Shown one piece after another: positions 27,001 through 41,492 of a DNA stretch of 64,000 nucleotides. Source of the stretch: Adineta vaga (lineage: Eukaryota; Animalia; Rotifera); assembly GCA_021613535.1 (NCBI GenBank), contig CP075497.1, positions 11,966,001 to 12,030,000 on the forward strand, in the 5' to 3' direction. The notes under the pieces were generated by a model. That model worked only from the letters and a program-made list of their open reading frames with translations. It was not told where the DNA came from and did not search any database. Position 1 is the stretch's first letter. Each line of letters starts with the position of its first letter. Both the position numbers and the translations under genes were made by a program.

Positions 27001-28061
27001 GGGTACAATGAAATCGGCCATGAAGGAGCACAACATATTAGTGATGCCTTGCGAATAAACACAGTAATATTCATTCGCTCTTGTCCTGATTGACACATCC
27101 ATGCTCTTTGTCTCGTCTATAGACACTCACCACACTAAATCTCCTGAGCAATCAAATCGGCCATGAAGGAGCACAACATATTGGTGATGCCTTGCGAATA
27201 AACACAGTAATATTCATTCGCTCTTGTCCTAATGGACACATCCACTCTCTCTCTCGTCTATAGACACTCACCACACTAGATCTCTGGGAGAATCAAATCG
27301 GCCATCAAGGAGCACAACATATTGGTGATGCCTTGCGAATAAACACAGTAATATTCTTTCGCTCTTGTCCTAATTGACACATCCATGCTCTCTCTCGTCT
27401 ATAGACACTCACCACACTAAATCTTGGGTACAATCAAATCGGCCATGAAGGAGCACAACATATTAGTGATGCCTTGCGAATAAACACAGTAATATTCATT
27501 CGCTCTTGTCCTAATGGACACATCCACTCTCTCTCTCGTCTATAGACACTCACCACACTAGATCTCTGGGAGAATCAAATCGGCCATCAAGGAGCACAAC
27601 ATATTGGTGTTGCCTTGCGAATAAACACAGTAATATTCATTCGCTCTTGTCCTAATGGACACATCCCTGCTCTCTCTCCTCTATAGACACTCACCACACT
27701 AAATCTCCAGAGCAATCAAATCGGCCATGAAGGAGCACAACATATTGGTGATGCCTTGCGAATAAACACAGTAATATTCATTCGCTCTTGTCCTAATTGA
27801 CACATCCATGCTCTCTCTCGTCTTTAGACACTCACCACACTAAATCTCCGGAGCAATCAAATCGGCCATGAAGGAGCACAACATATTGGTGATGCCTTAC
27901 GAACAAACACGGTAATACTCATTCGCTCTTGTCCTACTTGACACATCCATGTTCTCTCTCCTCTATAGACACTCACCACACTAAATCTATTTGGCAATCA
28001 AATCGGCGACCAAGAATGAAAGTATCTCCGAAATACTTTTGGAAATAGGTTGACGTTGTAG
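24035..28061 (+). CDS. F-box protein with 23 exon-encoded ribonuclease-inhibitor-type LRRs (copy 1); in-frame TGA at 28017-28019 in the last exon
   Basis: Exon 1 (24035-24172) MYTFSTLPIELVYRILDHLSDFTLFCSMQNVCQRFNQIL is an F-box. Intron 24173-24842. Then 22 exons of 84 nt (TLTTL[D/N]LxxN[Q/E]IGH[E/Q]GAQHI[G/S]DALRINT) and a terminal exon from 27969. Confidence 0.88.
24843..28019 (+). repeat. Tandem array of 141-143 bp units (84-nt LRR exon plus 57/59-nt intron), 23 copies
   Basis: Exon starts at 24843, 24986, 25129, 25272, 25415, 25558, 25699, 25842, 25985, 26128, 26271, 26412, 26553, 26696, 26837, 26980, 27123, 27264, 27405, 27546, 27687, 27828, 27969. Each is preceded by TAG, and all but the terminal exon are followed by GTAATA. 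Confidence 0.97.
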
Positions 28062-30269
28062 TTTGGACTGTAGGGACATTGTGTTTTAGTGCTCTTTTCT
28101 GAAGAATTTTTTCAGAGTAAACCGATGTGGTGACAAATGAATACACAGTGTGCTTCGAAGTCGTATTTATCGTACAATAACGTGTTTTGTTTTAAGCTCT
28201 TGATTTGCGACCGTGAGAGATGTGTTTATCATCTAAGTTGTTGATTTGTGTATGTCCGAGATAGCGAAATCCCGTGTTAGAAATGCACTATAATTTATTA
28301 GTTGAAGTTTGATGGGTATCATATGATATTTTGTGAAACTGTCTACTCTTAATATAATGTCTTCTGAAAATGTTTCAATAGTGGAAAGGTTATAAAGAAG
28401 AAGGACGACCGTCGATGCGTCTTATGAGCCTTTAAATGGGTCCACTGCACTTATTCCCATCGCTGATCTATTAGGAACGACTGGGAAATTATTTCTTAAA
28501 CATTCTGCTGTGCATGAAAACGTAGCAAATTATTCTTCCGAACTTTATTTTGAATATTTCTCATAATAGAGAGTTTAGTTTAAAGTCTGAGTGCCTCACA
28601 AATCGTTACTATATTTGTAACGTTAGAGAGTTGGGGTTGACGTCAAGATAAAGTGGATGACGAGTTTGACAACTTTATTTAGTTGCTTCTTCGATTTGAC
28701 GTTTGATGTCTAATGATAGAAAGATGTTTTGTATTCGTACATCTCTCAAGATAAAAAAGAAAGTTTTAGAGAAAAGAGTGTATCTCATTCTGAACTAACG
28801 AATGTTTAGAGACACAATTTAGGATATAAATCGCATCTAGATGCAGCTTCCGATATATTCGAGTTTCAATGAAAGACGGCGAAATGCATTTGTAAACACA
28901 AAGAGTGTTTCATGTTTACATAGTGACCCGTACTTATATTCCCTTCCTATTCATTATCATTCTGAGAATTACAAGAGTATGATTAATTCGCGAATGGTAA
29001 AGTCGTTCTGTCTTGAGTTTACACATATTTCTTTTTGAATATATTCATCATCGGTGTCGATGAAACCGACTATACTAGATCTATCGAAGTTTTTCATGCT
29101 GTGCATTCAAATAATTACACATGATAATGAACATTTAGTTGTTGAATGTACATCCAAAATAGTTTCTTTATCTAATATGACGATTTTGTTTATTTGAGAA
29201 ATCAATGTGAACTGCCTTTCTGAATTCATCGATTGTGATGAACATTCTTCTAAAATATACCATCGACGCATGTATCATGACATTTGTTTCATTGAACCAA
29301 TGGCATATTGATCACTGACTTTTAGACTATGAATATATTGATGAAGTATATAATTGTCATATTTACACTAAATGGAAATTTTCTTTCATATAATATTGGT
29401 ATTTTAACAAAGATAGGATTATATCTGACATGAATTAACAAATAATATCTAACATTAGTCGAAAAGAGATAACAAAATTAATGATAAACTTTGTTTGGTT
29501 TGATTTAATCAATTTTGATTGCAATGCTCTAAATATATTTGTAAAAAATATCGAATTCGTATAATAGTTACCTATAACCTTTGAACAATTTCACAGCATC
29601 CAAACAATGAGAATTCAAACGAGTGTTGCATCATAACCAAGATAAAAATGAAGACATTATCAAACGTCATTCGAAAGACGAGCTTGTAAATTTTAAAATA
29701 ATCGATTGTAAACGGATATTATCCATTGTCATAATTAGGTAAATAACTATTGAATCCATACAAAAAATTCAATAAACTCTTTTTCTTTATTTTTTAATAC
29801 TTGATGTTTCCAGATAAAAACTTTCTCTTCCATCAGAAAACATATACATTTTGACCAAAATTATAGAGTATATGATTGTTCGTTCTTTTTTCAATGTTTT
29901 AAATTCTAATGAAAACAAATAATAATGTTGATGTCTTGCGTAGAAGAAGTTTTTCTTTTCTACTTTCATGGCAAAAGAGATAAAAACTTCCATATTTAGA
30001 CTTACGAAATGAGAACAAAATTAAAAATGAACATTTCGTAAATCTCATCTATATTTCTACTCATTTTGTTTCTTATTTATAGACAAGCAGTAATTTATTA
30101 GAGCAACTCTATTTTCATTTAATTATCATAAGTGTTCTAATCTTTTTTGATCATTGTCTTTGAAGGTAATATTTGTTTAAAGCATCATGTGATATATCCT
30201 TTTCATTATCGTCTTTCGATAGATCCCTATTATTCTATTCTTCTATAGAATAATTTTGTCTATTCATTT

Positions 30270-30735
30270 ATTTAATTCTCATTTGATCGTATCTTACGTT
30301 AATATTACGAGAAACTATGTTTTATTTCGGATTCTCTCAACATTAAAAAATCTATTGTGGAACACTTTCATATTATTTTCCTTCGACACAATTTGAGATC
30401 AATTGCCTCTATACTTTCCGAAATATACACAATACATTATGACTTTCTCATATAGCTCAATGGAATATTAACTCGTTGATAATTCAATATATTGTAATCA
30501 ATTGATTTGTTTATTATCGTGTGTTCCATAATTTCGTTATTTATCAGCAAATTTATTACGTCAATATGGTCCTACACAACCAAATTTATATGGCATTATG
30601 TTGATTAATTTGACATATGCATCTTTTAAATTCAAATCCAAAGCAGTTGATATTTTTGAACAATCTTTTATTAATCATTTTCCTTCTATTGAAATTTTAT
30701 TCATCACATCAGATATTAGATGTATAAAAGCCAAC
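30270..30735 (+). pseudogene. Decayed fragment of a lineage-specific LRR-like (F-box-associated) gene
   Basis: LVDNSIYCNQLICLLSCVP*FRYLSANL...LINLTYASFKF...DIFEQSFINHFPSIEILFIT with internal stops. Confidence 0.35.
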
Positions 30736-31346
30736 TCTGAAAATAATAAAAGAGTTTTCCAGAACCTTTTTGGAGGTTCGGCCCACTGGTAAATTTCAGA
30801 ACCCACAAAAGGTTCTGGCTCATAGAGGGTTCTGTTAAAACCTAACAGAATTCTTCATTATTCTATACAAAAATAAGGTTCAGTCTGACATAAAAGGTGT
30901 GTTAAATGGTTTTTCAGAAAATTATTTTCTCTTTATATCTATGTTGATTTGTACACATATTTCAGTGTTGCAAGTGCGTCTGTTTATGTTAAGCTCTCAA
31001 ATAGACCGAAAAAGTGAATTAAGCTACAGTCGAATCACGCTTTTTGCTTGCTGCCGATTGGCTCAATTCAGCCCTAACCTAATTCATTTTCTCAGTCTGT
31101 TTTTGACCTTGTAATATAAACAGACGCACTTGCAGCACTTGGATACGTGTACAAATCAACCTAGATATAAAAAGAAAATCAGTCTACTTATTTTGTTTCT
31201 AATATCCCACTTACCATTTCTCTGCAATATAGATCGGTCTAAATATAAAAGAAGAAAATATTTAGTTTTCTATATAAAATATAAGTCACATTTCGCTAGA
31301 CTTCGATCTGAATTTAAATGAAAATAGAAAATATTTGAGTAGCTGC

Positions 31347-33296
31347 CTAATTCGACTTATAATATAAATGCAGAAACGTACTATCCATACGCACTTATAC
31401 ACTGATAGATATAGATTTAGATTTAGATATATTTATATCTATATACATAGGTACCCATGTAAGTTGTAGGAATAGATTTAGATTTAGTTGAAGGCCTACT
31501 TATATATATGTATTGATGTATATGTATGTACGTAGATATAGGTTAGGATGACTGTAACAACAATCGTAAACTTGTGACTATAGGGTTCAATTGGAGTTTT
31601 TCTTTTCAATTGTCAAATGAATTTCTCTTGCTGAAAGTTTGTTCTGTACACCTACTGTACGAGAACTAAGTTAAAAAGCCTGCATGGATTATTGTGTGCA
31701 TGAAAATAGAGAGTAAAGTGCTTGACTCGAGAAACTATTTCGAGAAAGAGGATGATATCTAAAGTATTGGGTGTAGGTCTGATGCTGGTTGTTAAAGTAT
31801 GTAAATCGTATACGGAAATTTCTCATCCTTATCCTCAGTGTAGACAAAAATAGAGAGTAATGGTGTGCGTTTGTTTCGGTGCGTACACAGTAGTATAATT
31901 TGTGCTGAAGTCTTTTGCAGTAGCATTGTTTTGAAGAGTCATAGTCAGAGGAAACGTTTTGTGAGAATCGAGTGTTGAGGTCAAATTGCGCTATAAAAAG
32001 GAATATATTCCCGTGTACTTATACAGATATGTAGAAAGAACAAATTTCAAAATGCCGAGTTTTCGAGGGTACCGGGTCTTCCGTGCGGCGCCTACTCCTT
32101 TATAGACGGGTTCAAGATTTTAATCAATCAAATTTAGCAAGGAACGCTCGTCGTGCCGATTGAATCAACCCTTGACTGTGGAGCAGATATCTTTCTAGCT
32201 TGTCTCAATAGTAAGACGAATTGATCTATCAGCTTTAAATACGAGAAAACGACTCAAATGTTAATGCTCTGATGTCTTAAATTCCGAAAACAAATTAATC
32301 TATTACTTTGTAAAATAAATTCCACCCAACACCCACAGCCCCACCCATGTACATATCCTCATCTATAGTTTTAGCGAACACCTAGGTATATACTCTCTGA
32401 AGATGATTTCTAACGAGTTTCATTCATTTAATAATCAATATTTTAATGAAGAAAAAATGTACATTTTTCAAACTTGGGAGACTAATTTTTCTCGTAACTA
32501 TAACAATACATTACATCCAGATAGAACCACGCCAAAAGATTGACTTCAGGTTACATCTACAGCCCCTTAGCATCATCGAGCAAGGGTGCTGAAAAAAATA
32601 AAACAGGATCTCATGAGACTAAGCTTCAAGTCGACCAAAGAACATCTCCCATCGCCGAGCAAGGATTTAAAAAATAAAAAAAGATTTGAAAGGAACTAGT
32701 TTAAAACTGGTCAAAGAATGGTTCTCATTGATGAGCAAGGAGTGTTGAAAAATGCAAGACTTGATTGGAACCAGTTTGAAGTCAACAAAAGAATGCTCCT
32801 AATTGTCGAACTTCTATTTTCACCCACGTGTTCTTCTAAAACCGAGCCAGTCACAGTGTACATCATATATATATATATATTTATCACTTCGCTTTGATGA
32901 AACGCATGAAGCTACTATGTGAAGCATTAAACAGTCTTTCAAAGAGCGCTAGCACAAAGCTAGTCCGTTCACAAATTTATAATTTTTATGAAAATTTTGT
33001 GCTTTCTGTTTTGTACATAACTTACATAAAGAGGATTCGTTTATAAATTTTTAATTTATATAAAAAGCTTGTATTTGTTTGTGCAAATGTACAAAGATTT
33101 CTACTTTTATTTTATAAATGAAGTTTTTCATTCAATTGTGCATTTATATTATAATTACAAGTGAGCATCCCATGGAGTATGTATGTATAACTAAATCTAA
33201 ATCTAAATCTAAGTATAAGTATATATATATATATATATCTATTTTATAAGTCATATTTGACTGTTGTAGGTCCATTTATATTATAAGTCGAATTAG
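31347..33296. mobile_element. About 1.95-kb non-coding element bounded by inverted repeats
   Basis: 24-bp perfect inverted repeat CTAATTCGACTTATAATATAAATG (31347-31370) / CATTTATATTATAAGTCGAATTAG (33273-33296); subterminal (TAGATT)n on the left and (AATCTA)n on the right. Confidence 0.6.
32572..32810 (+). repeat. Three degenerate ~75-79 bp tandem repeats
   Basis: Recurring ATY..YGAGCAAGG...AAAAAT...CAAAGAA pattern near 32572, 32651 and 32726. Confidence 0.55.
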
Positions 33297-33305
33297 ACAA
33301 CTCAT

Positions 33306-33417
33306 GGACTAAGCATTCTCGAGATATAATATTTTCAAAATATCTATGCATACAACGATACTTGTAAAAAAAACCATGTTTATGTTAACATACTCATATC
33401 TCGAGAATGCTCAGTCC
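33306..33417. mobile_element. 112-bp mini inverted-repeat element
   Basis: 22-bp inverted repeat GGACTAAGCATTCTCGAGATAT / ATATCTCGAGAATGCTCAGTCC with one mismatch. Confidence 0.6.
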
Positions 33418-33769
33418 AACAATCCTGAAAGTTTGTCGATGAACTACTCTGGCTGAGGCCTCGATATGGACGAAAGCTAACCTCAAAATTCAAAACTTTG
33501 ATTTTATGGGGAAGATGGGGTCTCATAGGCAAATTCTAGTAAAGAGTCGATATCTCAGCTGGATCTCAATTATTTTAACATTTCATGCAACTCATAGAAT
33601 AATGGCATCTATATTAATTACTTTCAATTGATCGAATATCTAATTCTTGTCTCAATCAGTCCACAGCACAGTTATTGCTTTCGTTTTACTACAATGTTTC
33701 AACAACCTGAATTTGAAGACATAGTTTCTTTGTTGGTACCAGCGAAGTTTTTTTTCTTTTTTATAGATT

Positions 33770-34205
33770 ATGAGTATAAAAAGGATTCAACTTAGAGAGA
33801 CACCTAATGCCGTTTCTTACTTAATCGGTATAGACAATGACAATGGCATAAAACTGTCTACATTAAAACAAATGTTTCCTGGTATAAAAATGATTGGATT
33901 TTATGATCAAAATAACGTTTTAAATCTGTAAGTGATTATTATAATCATGGGTCGTTTATGATATGTTTTTAGTGTAAGTTATGATGATGATAAACGAAAA
34001 TTTTTTCCATCTGATGGAGATGAATGGAAAAATGATCTTACATATATTCCTGTACTGGCCTGTAAGTTCATGAAAAGTGTTTCTAGACCTAAGTGTATTG
34101 TAATACATTTACTAACAGAGTTAGTCTATTTTAGATTTCAGCATTTATCAACGTCTTTACCAATGGTTCATGGGAGACCCTCATAAACATTCCAAACTTG
34201 ATTAG
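33770..34205 (+). CDS. About 105-aa three-exon protein resembling an isolated TDP-43 N-terminal domain
   Basis: Exons 33770-33927, 33973-34061 and 34135-34205 splice in frame to MSIKRIQLRETPNAVSYLIGIDNDNGIKLSTLKQMFPGIKMIGFYDQNNVLNLVSYDDDKRKFFPSDGDEWKNDLTYIPVLAYFSIYQRLYQWFMGDPHKHSKLD*. The LST...FPG and P...W...Y.V patterns are as in the TDP-43 NTD. Confidence 0.6.
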
Positions 34206-35853
34206 ATTCTAAACTAATTAGTACATTGCACACAGGCCCAAGTATTATATAATTGTTTTTGCTTTTTGTTTGCTCGCCGTCATTCTATGCTGTGTAATGA
34301 TAAACTTCTAATTAATTAACCTTTTAAATTAGAGCTCATTTGCTAATGAAATATTTGTATTGGATGCTAATAAACAAGTAACTGCTACAGTTTTATTAGA
34401 TGCTAAGATTCACAAATCTGGCAACGATTCTGACAGGTTATTGTAAAATAAATTAGTACGAATTTCATGAACTTTATAGTATTTTTATTGAAATTCGACT
34501 CATACAGCAGTAAACTATGAATGAAGTATTGATTGAGTAGTACGCTGCTTAGTTCTCATTTGTTCCTCTTCAACAGATCTTATGAGTATAATCGTATTTA
34601 GTATCGTAGGAAAGTTGGAGATAGCAATGCATGATTTTAAAACATAACTGACATATTGTTACGAACTACAAGAATCAGTTATTATAACGAATACATTGCA
34701 ATATTAAAGTGATGTTTTTGCGAGTTTAGATTATTGTTGATGAGTAGATACTTTGTATCTGAAATATAATTAATATTATCATGAAAAAGTCTAGTCAAAT
34801 AGAATGGAGCTGTTTCTTCGTCAATAATATTTTTGCTGAATAGTACTTTTATCAATAGCGAATCTTTATTGGACTTTCGCCGATGAATCGCTTGATATTT
34901 CACTCTTGATCAAAGTCTCTTTATCGAAGTTTTAGTAATTCGTAGTATGTAAACAATTTTATTTGTTCAATTTCAGAATGATGCATGATAATTATTCCAA
35001 TTATGTCTTGAACTAAATATCTGAAGACTCTTTTGATTTAGTCTCACAGAATATCGAAAAAACGGCGTCCTCTTTTCTCTTCTTTCGATTGATGAAAACA
35101 AAAATTCTCTATCTTATTAAATTCTTGAGTTATTCAAAGAACAGTAGAGCATACTATAGTTTGAAATGGATAGTAGAAATAAAACTGTGTCGATATTGAT
35201 ATAATCTCTTGATGTTCTCTATCTTCTTCTCCTTCTACAAAACTTTTCTCTTTTTATTTTTCTTATAAAAAAAAAGTATGTGATCTTGCGAAGTAGAGAC
35301 ATTCTAGATATATGAGATAGCTCAATAAACAACCATACCATGGGAAACGATTAGTTACTCACTCAGGTTGTCGTTACACTACAAGTGAATTTATTTTCTC
35401 TATTACAAGAGAAAGTAGTCCAAGATCGAAGTTCATTTATCTCATAATTTATACAGTATATAAATTTTTCATGTTTCATAATCTTTGTTTATTTTGGATA
35501 AAAAAACTTGTAGTAATATGTTTTATTTTTATTTTAGTTCGTCTCAGTATGGTTATTGTTACAAGCTTCATTTCAACTTTTATCGTAACATTAACAGATC
35601 TGGTCAAAATATATTTTGATGTTGCGTCTCCACGGCTATAGATTATTAGAGCCGTTTTTCTTTTTCTTTCCAGACGTGTCATCTACGCAGTTGCTCTTAA
35701 GTTTTTTATCAAATGTCATTGGTATTATATGAAAGATGCTCATGTCGTTCGGCTGTTACTTTTACATTAATATAGTTCAGAGAGAATATACATTGAAGAG
35801 CGATGGTATTTTTCTTTTCAACCATAAAATCTCTTAACTGTTTATTCGTGCTA

Positions 35854-36220
35854 CATGTTACTATCGTTTCAAAAATTCCACTTTCAACATCAATAGATGA
35901 AATTAAATCATTACTTACTACGTATTTTCAAGAACATTCTTTACCTGAAGTTCACATCAAAACTTTAGATACAGGATCAAACATTTGCTCATAACAATAA
36001 TGATATCGACAAATAGATAAAAGATTATGATCCTCATATTTCATTGATATATGCTGAAGAAAAAGCTTGCAATGATAAAGAATTAATCAATCGAATTGAT
36101 CATTCAAAATTAATTGATAAAATATGGCAAGGTGGAAAAATTCAATTAGTTGATACAAGTGGAAAATTATCTGAATGAAAGACAGTATTGGATTTTGATA
36201 TTCCAAATAGTACTTCATGA
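35854..36220 (+). pseudogene. 2H-phosphoesterase / cyclic nucleotide phosphodiesterase (CPDase-like) pseudogene
   Basis: Two H-x-T/S motifs (HVTIVS; YDPHISLIYAE) and WQGGKIQLVDTSG, interrupted by stops and a probable internal deletion. Confidence 0.6.
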
Positions 36221-36900
36221 TAAAATAATTTTTTCAGCAACACTTTTTTAATTTTTATTTAAGTTTTTCTCCTATATTTTAATTCTTTCTTATTACGAAA
36301 GATCATCAAGGTTCTGTGCTCTGTAATTTCGCAGATATAGATATCAAGATCGAACTGACTTGCTCGTATTTCATGACCATCTCATTTACACATCTGATAT
36401 ATTATTGAATAATTGCTACCGTCAGCTAATTCGACAAGATTACTCTCTTGATCATTTCTACTAGAATCAACAACGTATCTGAAGTTAACGCATTTTCACT
36501 AGATGCATAAGGATCTATACAAATTTTATTCTTCAAGTGTATGATTGTTCATTACATTCTCTCTTGATAAAAACAGTCATCATAATAAGAATTCTCTTTT
36601 CCATGAGTATCGTACTCTCATGATGGTTAAAGTACATTCTCTTTGCGTAAATCTATCTTCTTATCGAAGATGTAATTGTAATAAGAGGAGAACCACTCTC
36701 TACACTCATTCTCGTAGTGGAATTTTTATCCTAACTCTTGAAACACTTTATGTGACAAATATCTATTTTACAAGAAACAGTAGCTCGTAGAATTTCTCTT
36801 TTTATTTAACATGAGAAAAAAAGGTACAGAAAAATATATGAATGATAACAAAAATAGAGAATTATTTTATTTGTCTATCTAATAATAGTCATTTGAATAT

Positions 36901-41210
<4,310 letters not shown>

Positions 41211-41492
41211 TGTTTCGATATTCTTTTTTCGAAGATAAATTGTCAGTAAGAATGATTTTTCGATCGATTGCGTTAGTCTTTGTTTAAATAGTTCTTTCTT
41301 ATTTTCGCTCTTTATTTATCGATTTGACCAATGAAATTCATCAGCGCAACTATCAATGATCTGATGAAAAGATAGAAGATTGGGAGGATATGATGAAGAA
41401 TTCTATTGGCTAAAATTCTAATCCAACAAAGAATAAGAGAACGAGTTTTGTCGGATGATTTTCTGCTCCTTCAACTTGTTCTCAGATTAAGT
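41211..41492. promoter_or_regulatory. Putative bidirectional promoter between MCM2 and LIN9
   Basis: Divergent ATGs about 280 bp apart; CCAAT at 41328 and ATTGG at 41379 and 41405. Confidence 0.55.

Noticed and set aside
24843-28019. CRISPR array or satellite interpretation of the 141-143 bp repeats
   Set aside because: Units have no unique spacers, carry GT-AG splice sites and encode an open 28-aa LRR; the context is eukaryotic with no cas genes.
24035-28061. Diversity-generating retroelement as the source of LRR variation
   Set aside because: No reverse transcriptase or template repeat in the window, and the variation is not adenine-specific.
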